From: a virus
Lineage: Duplodnaviria; Caudoviricetes
Length of the DNA stretch: 62,757 nt
Strand: one strand, 5' to 3'
IMG/VR virus record: IMGVR_UViG_3300027996_000032
Span: 1-62,757 of that record
Under the pieces are notes generated by a model, which did not search any database, was not told the origin of the DNA, and saw nothing but the letters and a program-made list of their open reading frames with translations. Shown one piece after another: positions 9,763 to 20,025 of the stretch (position 1 is its first letter; every line of letters starts with the position of its first letter). Both the position numbers and the translations under genes were made by a program.

Positions 9763-11003
9763 TAGACCCCCTTCACGCGGTAGCCGAACATGTCAACACC
9801 GTTGAGGAATGCCGCGGTCCACTGGCCATCGGTGTCTGGACGCACCGGCCACGGGTGCCCAATCGTCGCGAATGCCACACCGGTCGCGATCTCGGGACTG
9901 TAGTAGACGACCCCCGACACCTTCAGCGCCAGCTGACCCTTGACGAGGGTGGCGCCGGTGTGCTGCACGCGAGCCCGCACCTGGGCAGAGATGATGTTGG
10001 CCAGCGCGACGCCTGTGCTGGAGTAGCGGTCCATCTCGTCGACGACGAGCCCCTCAACATAGTCCGCGTCGCTGGCCGGTGTTTCGTCGACAAGCTGGTA
10101 GTTGTCGATCGAGTCCGCATCGGAGCCCACGAAGTCAATTTGTGCGCTGTCGCCGGTTGGGGCGACCTCGAGGTAGTAGACGGCACCGAGCAAGAGAGAG
10201 CCGGGCTCGAAGCCCGACACGTAGTGAGCGGATGGTGCGTGAGCGTCCGCGGTGGCACCCGCGACATCGGCGATCTGCTCGTTGTCCTGAAACGCGGTAC
10301 CGTCCCAGGTGTGGAGCACGAGGTAGCCCCCCGCCACGTTGTCCGAGTACACCACGGCGGTGGCTCCCGATGTCGCGCCGGTGAGGATGTCCCCAGGCGT
10401 GAACGGACCACCCGCAACGCCGTCATAGGCCAGGGTGATCGAGGATACATAGTAGTCGTCGAAGGTGTTCAGGTCGTTGTTCGCACCGAACCACACCTCG
10501 TCAATGTCGGTTTCGGCGCCTGGTTTCGTGTCGCCGGTCCAGGTCACGTAGGGGGTCGAGTGGTCGCCGTCGACGTAGACGTGCACGAATCCGCTCACGT
10601 CGTGGATGTAGACGTGCACCTCGATGTACGAGATCCCGTTCGGGAGCGACCCCAAGGATGTGGCCTTCAGCACGCCAGGGGCTGCACCTACGCGGATCTC
10701 GACACCACCCGTCGAGTTGATCACGACCTGGCCCAGATCCGCCGCGGTACCAATCCACGACAGCCCGCCAGCAGCCGCGAAGCCTCGATCGTACGCGAAC
10801 CCGATTCGCTTCTCTGGCGACGCCACACCACACGCGTGCGTGATTGTCCCCACGCCGCCGGATGGCCGCCCACGGTAGTCGCCCCCGTCTCCGTTCGGGT
10901 CCTTCCGGCCCGGCCCGTCGACCTGCCAGGCGCCAGCACCCACAAGCCAGCCATCCCATTCGATGGTGCCGCCCTCGAAGCCACCGTAAAAATCCAGTCC
11001 CAT
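9762..11003 (-). CDS. beta-sandwich (lectin/LamG-like) virion protein
   Basis: likely start MGLDFYGGFEGG at 11003 with GAGG RBS; YIEVHV...G.V.VYVDG...GDT...FDDYYV pattern. Confidence 0.55.
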   Translation of the reverse strand: MGLDFYGGFEGGTIEWDGWLVGAGAWQVDGPGRKDPNGDGGDYRGRPSGGVGTITHACGVASPEKRIGFAYDRGFAAAGGLSWIGTAADLGQVVINSTGGVEIRVGAAPGVLKATSLGSLPNGISYIEVHVYIHDVSGFVHVYVDGDHSTPYVTWTGDTKPGAETDIDEVWFGANNDLNTFDDYYVSSITLAYDGVAGGPFTPGDILTGATSGATAVVYSDNVAGGYLVLHTWDGTAFQDNEQIADVAGATADAHAPSAHYVSGFEPGSLLLGAVYYLEVAPTGDSAQIDFVGSDADSIDNYQLVDETPASDADYVEGLVVDEMDRYSSTGVALANIISAQVRARVQHTGATLVKGQLALKVSGVVYYSPEIATGVAFATIGHPWPVRPDTDGQWTAAFLNGVDMFGYRVKGV

Positions 11004-11010
11004 CGCTACC

Positions 11011-12312
11011 TCACACAAAGTCCAGAGACGAGTACGGGATCCGATCGACGATCTGCTCGTCAACCACCAAGAAACACCAGGACGGCGCCTGTAGCACCAC
11101 CTCGACGTGATGCACGCGCCACGGGTCCACCTGCCAGCGCTCGCCGAGCTCCACCACCGGGGCCCCGTCCGTGACGCTGGTCGTGAGCACCCACGACCAG
11201 TGTGCACCAGCCACCACCTGGACCAGCTGCGCCACGGCCCACTTCGTGCCGTCAGTCATTCGCATGCCCGGCCCCATCCGCCCCCAGGCGTCCGGGGTGC
11301 TGCTCCGCAGGATCCAGCGCGCCGCGACGTTGTATTCGGGCGCCTCGGTGAACACGGGATTGCTGTACGTGTACTTGGCGCCGGTCTCGGTCCCCACCGC
11401 GGTGAACCGGAGACGCTCACGCACCACCGAGACCGCGGCACCATTGACGAGCACCCAGGGCTCCGGCTCCGCAGTTGGTAGGCGCTCGCCCTCGTAGGTG
11501 GTGCCGGCGGCGTCGTAGGTGCCTGCCATGGTGTCGGACCAAGCAAGTTTCATGCGGTCCTGCGCATCCTGGAAGACGCCGACCAGGGCGCGGAGCACAC
11601 CCTCAGCGTTCCGGGTCCAGCGTGACAGGTGGCGCGCCGGGAACTCCAGCTGTGTCAGGCTCGCCTGCCATTGCGAGGGTACAGCGATCCCGGTCGACCA
11701 CTCGATGGATTCGAAGATCCCACGGGCGCTCAGGGCCACGGACATAGAGCCCCACCCGTGGCCAGCGGAACCCACACGCTGGAACCCCGCCGCGGTGGGC
11801 TCACCAACAGCAGGGGGAGCCTCTTCATACCCGACATCGCCATACTGCTTGTCGTCGACCCACACCTGCCACCGGTCCGTGCCGACCTTCACGAGCTTGT
11901 ACGTCTTCGCGCTGGTCCACGGCCACCCCTCGACCAGCACCCTCAGCGTCGCCAAGGTGCCGGGGTGCACGAGCTCGAGGTTCGCGCCCAGGCGGAGCCC
12001 CATGCTTCGCTCGCCGTCGTCGATCCAGAGCAACAGGGGCGACGCCGCGCCAGTGTGCGAGACGCCACGAAAGCGGCTCTGGATCTCCATCCGCTCCGCC
12101 GCCATTGATTCGGGCTTCTCGACGTTCACGTCGGGGAACGCCTCGATCCAGTGCACGAGACGCTCGACGCCGCTGGTGTCGTTGATATCGAAACCGGTGT
12201 CCACGATCGAGACCGCGCCAGCACCCGCCTTGATCCAGGCCGGGGTCGCGAGATCCGGCAGCACACCATCATCGCTGGTCAGGAACCCGTAGTCTCGGAA
12301 GTCGTCCGCCAT
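11011..12312 (-). CDS. baseplate wedge / tail protein
   Basis: directly follows baseplate J; 433 aa; coupled start/stop. Confidence 0.5.
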   Translation of the reverse strand: MADDFRDYGFLTSDDGVLPDLATPAWIKAGAGAVSIVDTGFDINDTSGVERLVHWIEAFPDVNVEKPESMAAERMEIQSRFRGVSHTGAASPLLLWIDDGERSMGLRLGANLELVHPGTLATLRVLVEGWPWTSAKTYKLVKVGTDRWQVWVDDKQYGDVGYEEAPPAVGEPTAAGFQRVGSAGHGWGSMSVALSARGIFESIEWSTGIAVPSQWQASLTQLEFPARHLSRWTRNAEGVLRALVGVFQDAQDRMKLAWSDTMAGTYDAAGTTYEGERLPTAEPEPWVLVNGAAVSVVRERLRFTAVGTETGAKYTYSNPVFTEAPEYNVAARWILRSSTPDAWGRMGPGMRMTDGTKWAVAQLVQVVAGAHWSWVLTTSVTDGAPVVELGERWQVDPWRVHHVEVVLQAPSWCFLVVDEQIVDRIPYSSLDFV

Positions 12313-13715
12313 CAGAAACTGACCGAGACGACCGTGTTGATCGTCTCACCCGTGACACTGTCTTTCAGACTCAGTCGGGTGAGGCGCGGCAGCGAGTCGG
12401 CCGCCACAGTCACCGGAGCCGCCGGCAGGAATGACGCCGAATCGAGTGTCTGGACCCCCTTTGTCGACCGCGCCAGCGAGAGCAGCAGGGAGTCGTCCAC
12501 GGCGACGCCCGCATCAGCCTTGCGGTAGTCCAGCGCCTGGTGGGTCACCAGTCGGTCAGCCATCAGCGTCAGCACTTGCCTCAGCGTGGCTTGGGGGGTC
12601 AGGGTGATCACGGCCTCCACCTCCACCGATGTCAGCGTGATGTTGGTCACGTCAAGCGTGAGCATGCTTCGTACCCGCGCCTCCACGTACGCCTTCATGG
12701 ATGCGAGCTCGGCAACACCGAACAGCCCGCCGTTGCGGTGAAGCACCTGCACAGCCATGACGCCCACCGATGTCGACACGGCGGGGATCAGCCGCTCGAT
12801 GTCTTCGTCCGATCGCCGCAGCATGGTCTCGATCCAGTCCCGCGTCTCCAGCTTCGCCTCGGCTGGCCCCTGCATCGTTCGCCGCTTCAGCTGTAGATCC
12901 GACTCCTTCGCCTCACCACCACGACCACCCTCGGGATTGATGACCCCGACGAGGCCCGCGATGGGTGTGGTGGGGCGCGTAACGTTCAGCGGTGGCACGT
13001 TGCCCTCTGGTCCCGCCGTTGTCGCCTCGGCCATCACCTTGTCAGCCAGGGCGAGAGCGGTCGACTCACCAGCGAACACAGGGTTCGCGTCGCCCGTGAC
13101 GATGGTCTGGAGCGTCGCGAACTGGACGCCGGCCCGGGTGTCGACGGTCGTGCCCTCGGCGATGGTGATTCGTCGAAGCACCTGCACGTCATCCGCCGTC
13201 AAAACCGGAATGTACGCGTTGGCGAGAGCCGGCACCACAATCTCGTCGAAGCCGTTCGGGCCTGTTGCCACCGAGATCGAGCCGATGGTCGCGACCTCTG
13301 TCACGGTCCCGTCGATGTTCCTGATCCGCAGCGAGTTGCCCGCGATGAACCCGGTGGACAGCTCCACCTCGATGTGGGTCCTCGCGCCGTTGAGCGCCGT
13401 CACGCGCTCCGTGCGGGGCCGGAAGACGAGCGGGAGCTGCGCGGCCTGCTTGCCACGCTGCCGGCGCCCGCGCTCGCGCGCCACCATCACGAGATCATCA
13501 CCCTGGGCCGCCATCACCGTAAAGCGGCGCAGCAGGGCACCATACAGGGCGTAGCCGTTCATGATGGCAAGGGCCGCACACGCGGTCGCGATGCCTCGCA
13601 GGTAGCCAAGGGGCTGGAAGTTCCAGGCGCTCCCGCTCGGTGGTGGAGTCACCACCACGAAGCGGTAGATCCACTGTTCTATCGCTTGCTTTCGCGTCTG
13701 TAGGGGTCCACTCAT
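12312..13715 (-). CDS. baseplate J-like wedge protein
   Basis: AQGDDL, AEATTAGPEGNV, NPEGGRGGEAKESDLQLKRR are baseplate J motifs. Confidence 0.85.
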   Translation of the reverse strand: MSGPLQTRKQAIEQWIYRFVVVTPPPSGSAWNFQPLGYLRGIATACAALAIMNGYALYGALLRRFTVMAAQGDDLVMVARERGRRQRGKQAAQLPLVFRPRTERVTALNGARTHIEVELSTGFIAGNSLRIRNIDGTVTEVATIGSISVATGPNGFDEIVVPALANAYIPVLTADDVQVLRRITIAEGTTVDTRAGVQFATLQTIVTGDANPVFAGESTALALADKVMAEATTAGPEGNVPPLNVTRPTTPIAGLVGVINPEGGRGGEAKESDLQLKRRTMQGPAEAKLETRDWIETMLRRSDEDIERLIPAVSTSVGVMAVQVLHRNGGLFGVAELASMKAYVEARVRSMLTLDVTNITLTSVEVEAVITLTPQATLRQVLTLMADRLVTHQALDYRKADAGVAVDDSLLLSLARSTKGVQTLDSASFLPAAPVTVAADSLPRLTRLSLKDSVTGETINTVVSVSF

Positions 13716-15376
13716 GCCGCTTCTCCCACCCTGATCGTCTCGCCGTTGATCGCGGTCACGACGACAGAAAGCGCCAGCGCTGACCCCTCGAATACCACGC
13801 TCACCTGGTCGACAGCGGTGAACCTCCGATCTTGAACGATCGCGCGCTCAAGTTTGGAGGTGATCCACTGTGCTCGCGAGTTCTCCGGCACCTGCTGCAG
13901 CTGCTTCAGGAGCTTTCCCGAATACTGCTCGATCAGCGTTTCCAACGCCTGGATCAACGCAGCCTCACCAGACACCAGGAGGAGCTCGCCCGCGGTGTTG
14001 TCCGGGAATCCCGGCTCCAGGTCCACACCCCACGCGCCCTCGCCGGACTGGTCCCCGTACACGGCGAGGTCGGCGCCAGGGATGGCCCCGTGATGTCGCG
14101 GTGATGGCACCACCAGGACCGTCCCCGACCGCAACGCCTCCTCAGGGAGAAGCCGGCTCATCGCGAGAATCCTGGGCCACGCGACCCCGTGGCGGCGCGA
14201 AATGGATGCCGCGGTGTCGCCATCCGCCACAATGTACGGGCGGGTTCGAGACACGTCGGGCCGTCGCAGGACGGTGGAGCGGTCGGCCTCGGACATGAGG
14301 AACGCCAGATATTCCACCTGCCCCATGCCGAAGAACGCCCCCGCCACCTCCTGCATCCTCGCCGAGTCCACGAGATCCTCTAGCCCCTCGATGGCGTCGA
14401 CGCGCAGCAGTTCGTCGTTGTCGCCCTCGCCCTCCACCTGCGACATCTCCACGGCGCCAGTGTCGGCGGACGGCGCCCCGGTGCCGGAGCGGCCGGCAGA
14501 GGCGATCAGGTCCTCGCCCTCGGTCACCAGGTCGGCGACGCCCTGGAAGAAGTCACCCATGGCCGCGGAGGACGTGGCCGGGGCCGTTCCTGCGCTCATC
14601 AGCGCCCGGACACCATCGACCTGGGCACCCACGGCGGCGATGGTGGCCTCGAGCTGACCGATGGCGATATCGCCAAGGTTCAAGACGCTACCGACCAGCG
14701 CATCCGCCGTGTAGCTCTTGATCACCTCGTTGGCGTCATCCCACACGCTTGCGGCCTTCAGGACACCCTTCAGCACCGACGTGAGCGGTGAGCCGTCGAT
14801 GATGGGTCCTGCCTCGGTGAACTGCAGCGTGTAGTGGATCAGACCCGACGCGCCCCCGCGACGATGGCCTCGCTCCCAGCTGTAGGAATCGATCTGTGCG
14901 CCGAACTCGAAGCCGTGCCAGAAGTCGTAGAAGTTCACCGCGAACACGCTGTTCAGCTCATCGTACGGCGCCAGGATCAGCGGAAGTAGCGGCGTGCCGG
15001 TAAGGATGTTGGTGGCCGCCTTGACATCGGCTTTCGACATCGCGTCTGGTAGCCTGACCACTTCGTTGTAAAACCGCTCGTGGCGCACCTCTCCGGTGCC
15101 GACGTAGAAGAGCAGGCCCGCGGAATCCACGCCCCATGAGCCCTGCATGGAACAGCGACGGAGCGCTCGCGGTGCCTTGGTCTGCAGCGTTCCGAGCGTC
15201 TGTGTCGTCGTGCTCCGTCCCGTGTCGGTGTATCGGATCATCTCGGGCACAATGACGAGCGGGTGAATGCCCACCGTCTGCACGGTCTGGCTTCCGCTGT
15301 CCGGGTCGGTCGTGATCATCACGACCTCGAACAAAAACAGGTTGTTGTTGTTGTTCGCGTTCGAGCCGGCTGGCAT
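13712..15376 (-). CDS. tail-tube initiator-like / LysM / gp25-like baseplate fusion protein
   Basis: LysM YIVADGDTAASISRRHGVAWPRILAMS; C-terminal gp25-like GELLLVSG...LIQAL...AIVQDRRFTAVDQV. Confidence 0.65.
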   Translation of the reverse strand: MPAGSNANNNNNLFLFEVVMITTDPDSGSQTVQTVGIHPLVIVPEMIRYTDTGRSTTTQTLGTLQTKAPRALRRCSMQGSWGVDSAGLLFYVGTGEVRHERFYNEVVRLPDAMSKADVKAATNILTGTPLLPLILAPYDELNSVFAVNFYDFWHGFEFGAQIDSYSWERGHRRGGASGLIHYTLQFTEAGPIIDGSPLTSVLKGVLKAASVWDDANEVIKSYTADALVGSVLNLGDIAIGQLEATIAAVGAQVDGVRALMSAGTAPATSSAAMGDFFQGVADLVTEGEDLIASAGRSGTGAPSADTGAVEMSQVEGEGDNDELLRVDAIEGLEDLVDSARMQEVAGAFFGMGQVEYLAFLMSEADRSTVLRRPDVSRTRPYIVADGDTAASISRRHGVAWPRILAMSRLLPEEALRSGTVLVVPSPRHHGAIPGADLAVYGDQSGEGAWGVDLEPGFPDNTAGELLLVSGEAALIQALETLIEQYSGKLLKQLQQVPENSRAQWITSKLERAIVQDRRFTAVDQVSVVFEGSALALSVVVTAINGETIRVGEAA

Positions 15377-15396
15377 TTACGGCTCCCTGGCTGGGG

Positions 15397-15636
15397 TCAG
15401 TCTAACGGACACGGGATCACGAAGCTGATCACCGGCAGCGAGGGGAGCGCGGGCAGGATTATGGTCGGGATGGGTAGCGCCGGGATGGGAATCGGCGGAA
15501 GCGCGCACTGCCCCTCACCAAGGGGGCACGGGATCACGAAGCTGATCACCGGCAGCGAGGGGAGCGCGGGCAGGATTATGGTCGGGATGGGTAGCGCCGG
15601 GATGGGAATCGGCGGAAGCGCGCAACGGGTCGCCAT
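15397..15636 (-). CDS. Pro/Ile-rich 79-aa peptide made of two identical Cys-flanked units
   Basis: CALPPIPIPALPIPTIILPALPSLPVISFVIPCPL x2; start one base after the stop of the spike gene. Confidence 0.55.
   Translation of the reverse strand: MATRCALPPIPIPALPIPTIILPALPSLPVISFVIPCPLGEGQCALPPIPIPALPIPTIILPALPSLPVISFVIPCPLD
15410..15624. repeat. perfect 98-bp direct repeat, period 117 bp (15410-15507 and 15527-15624)
   Basis: identical sequence CACGGGATCACGAAG...GGAAGCGCGCA read twice. Confidence 0.95.
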
Positions 15637-15637
15637 C

Positions 15638-16567
15638 TCACATCCCCTTGATGACCTTGCTCATGTAGATGTTCGCCGCCGGTGGCACCACCAGCTTCAC
15701 GGTGAAGCCGGGCGATGCTCCCCCAGCAAGCGCCCACAATGCGTCGAGTTCAACGGCTAGATCGGTGAGGAACCCCGACGTGAGGAGGTACGGCTCCGTG
15801 GCAGGACCAGACCCATCGGTGAAACTGACGCCCGAGCCGACGAGCTCCACGACCTTCGCCATCGCCTGGATGATGTCCTTTCGGATCTGAATCAGCTCGC
15901 CCGTCTTCCGGTACCAGGAGAGATCCCCGCTCGCCGAATCGAGTTGGAACCCGTCGCCCTTGCTGGTGGCTACCGAGATCGTCTCCGTCGACATCCGCAG
16001 GACCGTGCCCCGTGATGTCCGGAACTCCACCGTGGGATCGTCGAAGTCGGAAATTGCCACGAAGGTACGGGGCCCGATCTCGTCCCCCGACTTCACCATG
16101 AGCCGCAGACTCGCGTCGTCGTCGTGGGAGAGCTCCCATTCGATCAGACCCTTTGGCTTCCCCTCTTCGTCGAGCGGCTCGATGCGACCCGCCAGCCGGT
16201 TCGGACTCGCACCATCGGCCTCGTGGTTGTAGGGCAGGAAGTCGTGGGGCGCGACCCTCCGGATCCCGCCCTCCACCAGCGGGCGCTTCGAGTCGCCGTC
16301 GATGAACTGGATCGTCACGTTGTCGCCCTGGACGAGGATCTCGCCCCCGACCTTCGACAGTTCGCGAGGCCGCGGCAGCTTCACTAGCCCTTCGTTGGCG
16401 TGGCCGAAGCTACCAGTGCGGATCGACACGTTCTTGATCGGCCAGGTCGCCCCCAGGTGAGAGGACAACCGCACCGTGCCGTCTGCGGTCCGGTAGAACC
16501 AACCCCACGTGGTGGCTGGGTTGCCTCGCACCGTCGAGCGCTTGCGCCTCGGGATCGTTGGGTCCAC
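15638..16567 (-). CDS. baseplate central spike (gpV/gp5/VgrG-like)
   Basis: OB-fold-like GDNVTIQFIDGDSKRPLVEG followed by beta-helix-like repeats; follows the hub gene. Confidence 0.65.
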   Translation of the reverse strand: MDPTIPRRKRSTVRGNPATTWGWFYRTADGTVRLSSHLGATWPIKNVSIRTGSFGHANEGLVKLPRPRELSKVGGEILVQGDNVTIQFIDGDSKRPLVEGGIRRVAPHDFLPYNHEADGASPNRLAGRIEPLDEEGKPKGLIEWELSHDDDASLRLMVKSGDEIGPRTFVAISDFDDPTVEFRTSRGTVLRMSTETISVATSKGDGFQLDSASGDLSWYRKTGELIQIRKDIIQAMAKVVELVGSGVSFTDGSGPATEPYLLTSGFLTDLAVELDALWALAGGASPGFTVKLVVPPAANIYMSKVIKGM

Positions 16568-16579
16568 CTCGTTCCTCCT

Positions 16580-18085
16580 TCATACCGACGCGTAGTGGTC
16601 TGGGCTCTCGCTTGGAGCATCATCCGAGATCGCCGTCAGCACCTCGTCGATCATGCTCTCGTTGTACCCGCGAATCAGGCGGAGTGTGCACGTGTAGGGT
16701 TCACCGAACCGCCAGGCCCAGGTGATCTCTGGACAGTAGAACTGCAAGCCGATCTCGGTGCCGCGTGCTGGGATGATCCAGGGCAAGAGGAAGGGGTCGC
16801 CGGGACGGTAGCGGTCGCGCCCCGCCACCACCACCGAGCCCTCCTCGAACCATGGTTGCGCCCAGTGCCAGTTGAAGAGCCGGTTCCTGAACTCGTGCAC
16901 CTGGGTTCGGATCTGGCTGAAGTCGGCATCGCCATCGATCTCGGTCTGGAGGTCACCAGCAAGGAGCGAGAGCGATGCATGGTACTTCCGGACGCCGAAC
17001 CGCTTCGCGGCGTAGGTGTCGATCAGCGGGAACGACAGGCCCTTGCGCTCCCCCAGCTCCGAACCCACCAGGCTCGTCGAGCTCGTCACGAGATAGAACG
17101 ACATCGCGGTGTCATCACCACGACCGAGGTTCTCGGTCAGCACATCCTCGCGAAGCAGTTCGTGGTATTCGAGATCGTCGATCAACGTCCGGAGCTCCTC
17201 CCGAGAGGTGCCCGTCTCTTCGTCCACGGGAGCACGTTCCAGGACCTTGGAATCGAACGGCTTGGGGCGCACGATCAGGTGCATGTCCGGCACGCCGGAG
17301 TCGGACGGCAAGAAGTCGATCCAGGCTTCGTAGAAGTCCGGGTCGATCACGCTCATCAGAAAGCCCCAGATCGTGCCCTGGTACATCCCCAGCGAATCGC
17401 TGTACACGCGGCCGTCGTTCCACGTCGTCACAGACTTGGAGGTGTCGATGTACGAGGCCGGTCGGCCGTCCCCGCCAAGGACGGACTGGAGGAGCTCGAT
17501 TTGCATGCTCGGCGCGTACTGAAGCACCCAGTCGATCGCGTCCTGAACCCCCTGGGCCTTGAATGGCACCACGTCGTCATCCTTGGAGCTGACGGCGGCG
17601 ACATACCAGGTCACCAGCGGGTTGTTCTCGCCCAGCGCGGCCTCGATCGACAGCTTGAACTTGCTCCCGTCTGGGTCGTCCTCACCAGCCACGTAGGCGT
17701 GTGCCACGGCATCCTGGGCCAGGGTCTGGCCTACGTCCTTGCATTCCAGGCGCAGGCTGGTGAGCTGCTGGCCCCCGCTGTAGTTGGACACCCGCCTGAT
17801 CCGCTTGATCAGGCCCATCGTGATCCCGCCCTCCTCGTCGACCCCCAGCGTGATCACATCGTTGGGCTCAAGAGCACGGTACAGCTGTGCGACGGTGCGC
17901 AGGTCCGCCGGTGTCTGCGTGTCCACAGCGGTCCGCGGAAGGATCTCCACCCAGAAGTCGCCCCCGGGTCCGTCGACCGAGCGTGATGCACTGAAGGCCA
18001 CAATGTCGGTGGACACGTTCACGCGGTCCAAAGGGTCGCCCGTCGGGAACACGTAGCAGATCGGCCGCGGTGCCTGGATGGTCAC
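16580..18085 (-). CDS. baseplate hub protein (gp27/gp44-like)
   Basis: follows the tape measure; LIVRPKPF, KRFGVR, GSVVVAGRDRYRPG, C-terminal TLRLIRG hub pattern. Confidence 0.7.
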   Translation of the reverse strand: MTIQAPRPICYVFPTGDPLDRVNVSTDIVAFSASRSVDGPGGDFWVEILPRTAVDTQTPADLRTVAQLYRALEPNDVITLGVDEEGGITMGLIKRIRRVSNYSGGQQLTSLRLECKDVGQTLAQDAVAHAYVAGEDDPDGSKFKLSIEAALGENNPLVTWYVAAVSSKDDDVVPFKAQGVQDAIDWVLQYAPSMQIELLQSVLGGDGRPASYIDTSKSVTTWNDGRVYSDSLGMYQGTIWGFLMSVIDPDFYEAWIDFLPSDSGVPDMHLIVRPKPFDSKVLERAPVDEETGTSREELRTLIDDLEYHELLREDVLTENLGRGDDTAMSFYLVTSSTSLVGSELGERKGLSFPLIDTYAAKRFGVRKYHASLSLLAGDLQTEIDGDADFSQIRTQVHEFRNRLFNWHWAQPWFEEGSVVVAGRDRYRPGDPFLLPWIIPARGTEIGLQFYCPEITWAWRFGEPYTCTLRLIRGYNESMIDEVLTAISDDAPSESPDHYASV

Positions 18086-20025
18086 GGGCCGCCCCCGAAG
18101 TCCACGCCCTCGACAGGCTCACCACGAGAGTCTGTCGTTACACCCGCCTCGCGCGTGTAGGTGGTGCTCGTCTTGTTCCCCATACCCAGTTGGTCTAGGC
18201 GTGCCTGCGTTCGCGCCTGAGCCCCACTGTCAAACGGGCTGCGATACAGGTCAGCGACAGCTCGCGCCCCCCTCTTCGTCGCCCCCGCCATTTCAGGCGA
18301 CTCGGACATCTGTTTCATCCACCCACTCGCGTCGCGCATGAACCCGCTGGCCTCGGTGAAGAAGGCGCCAATGTCGATGTCGGCCAGGTTGCTCGTGGCT
18401 CCAGCCAGGTTCATCAGCGTCCCCTGCAGGTCGACGATGACCTGTGATGTCACCCCGCCCACCGCAAGCTGCATCTGCTCGGTCTTGACCTTGTTGATCT
18501 CGCCACGCCCGATGTGCTTCCTACCCTCCGCTGCGAACTGGCCCACCTTGAACTCGCCTTCCAGGCCGTACGCCATCTGTTCCTCGGAAAGGAACCCCTC
18601 GGCAGCGGAGCCACGCAGCCCGATGGACTGCATGAAGCGTTGCCGGCGCTTGATGGCCGTTTCGTCCATGCTGACGCCGCCAAACTGGCCAGCGATCTCG
18701 TCAAGCTCCGCCATCCCTTCCGGGGTGTTGAATTTCTTGACCATCGCCGCCAAAGCGTGCGCGGGGATCCCGCTCTTCTCCAGGGCGGCGAACTGCATGT
18801 TCTCGCCCAACCCTTGCGCCTGAAACCCCTTGAACAGCATCTGTAGGTTTCGGGGATCGTTCACCCCGGCCTCGAGGCGCTCCCGGACATCCATATAGGA
18901 CATCTTGTTGCTCTTGGTGCCGTACCCCATCTGCTGCATCAGGTAGTACTCCATGGGCCCACCCTGGGTGAGCATGCCGTGCACCTGATCCGTGAACTTG
19001 TCGCCGCGGCGCCCCTTGCCCCGCTCGTCGTCGGCACCAAACACGGCGCGCCCGATCCCCATCACGTCGAGCGCCTGAAGAGGGTCCATCCGTCCCGTGG
19101 CGTCGAACATCTTGTCTGCCCGACCCGCAAGCACCCCCATGTGTTCGCCGAACCGCCCGCGCTCCATGCCCTGAGAGATGGCCTCACCGAAGACCTGCGC
19201 AAGCGTGTCAGTAGACAGCGCCCCACCACCACGAGTCAGCTGCTGGATACCGCCGAGCTGGCCAGCGGCCCCCGTGGGGTCGAGGCCGAACGTCTTCGCG
19301 AAGCCGGTGTATTCGCGCAGGTCGCGGCGAGCGACCTTGTTCACCTGGGCACCGAGGGCGCCCGCGATGCCGGCCGACTCGCTCGCGGTCTGCCCGAACT
19401 CGCCCAGAAAATAGTTCGCGTCATCGCCAGCGCCACGAAGCGTCCGCCGCAGCTTGGTCAGGATGGTGTCGACCTCCATGTACTTTTGTGCGGAGGTCAG
19501 GAAGAAGCCCTCGATGGAGCTCCCCAGGGCCATACCCACGGCTGTGGATGCCGTGTTGGAGGCGAAGCCGCGAGCTCGCCCAGCCATGCGGCCCATTGTG
19601 CCGCCACCCCCACCCCGAGAAGGGGCGGACTCCATGCGCTGGATGCGCAGCTGCGCCTCGCGCATGCTCAGCTGGTGCATGGCCTGTCGACGCGCCTCGG
19701 CCTGCTCCGCCACACGCAGGCGGCGCTCAGCGTTAGCGCCGCTCACCCCTCGACCAGGCGCCGACGGGATAGCCGCCGCCCCAGGCACCGGGCTCGGTGC
19801 AGGAGGCACGTGTGATGCACCTGGCCCCCCAGCTCCACCAGCCGGAGGGGGTGGCGCCGGTGTCGGTGGTGGGGCGCCCGTCTGCGCGCCCCCGCTGCTC
19901 CCGCCTTGGGCCGTCTGCACGTCACGCATGGCAGAAGCCACGTCGCGCAGGATCTGGATGTACTCGCGCCCAGCGGCCACATCCGCCTGCAGCCGCAGCT
20001 TTAGGGTGCTTTCCTGGTCGCTCAT
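18082..20025 (-). CDS. tape measure protein
   Basis: Ala/Gly/Met-rich helical 647-aa ORF directly after the chaperone genes. Confidence 0.75.
   Translation of the reverse strand: MSDQESTLKLRLQADVAAGREYIQILRDVASAMRDVQTAQGGSSGGAQTGAPPPTPAPPPPAGGAGGPGASHVPPAPSPVPGAAAIPSAPGRGVSGANAERRLRVAEQAEARRQAMHQLSMREAQLRIQRMESAPSRGGGGGTMGRMAGRARGFASNTASTAVGMALGSSIEGFFLTSAQKYMEVDTILTKLRRTLRGAGDDANYFLGEFGQTASESAGIAGALGAQVNKVARRDLREYTGFAKTFGLDPTGAAGQLGGIQQLTRGGGALSTDTLAQVFGEAISQGMERGRFGEHMGVLAGRADKMFDATGRMDPLQALDVMGIGRAVFGADDERGKGRRGDKFTDQVHGMLTQGGPMEYYLMQQMGYGTKSNKMSYMDVRERLEAGVNDPRNLQMLFKGFQAQGLGENMQFAALEKSGIPAHALAAMVKKFNTPEGMAELDEIAGQFGGVSMDETAIKRRQRFMQSIGLRGSAAEGFLSEEQMAYGLEGEFKVGQFAAEGRKHIGRGEINKVKTEQMQLAVGGVTSQVIVDLQGTLMNLAGATSNLADIDIGAFFTEASGFMRDASGWMKQMSESPEMAGATKRGARAVADLYRSPFDSGAQARTQARLDQLGMGNKTSTTYTREAGVTTDSRGEPVEGVDFGGGP

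Noticed and set aside
15341-15355. (AAC)5 run as a phase-variation tract
   Set aside because: Short in-frame trinucleotide run encoding poly-Asn; slippage would not switch expression.
15410-15624. Repeat as CRISPR array or DGR template/variable repeat
   Set aside because: Only two copies, 98 bp, in frame within a CDS; no adenine-specific mismatches; no cas or reverse transcriptase gene in the window.
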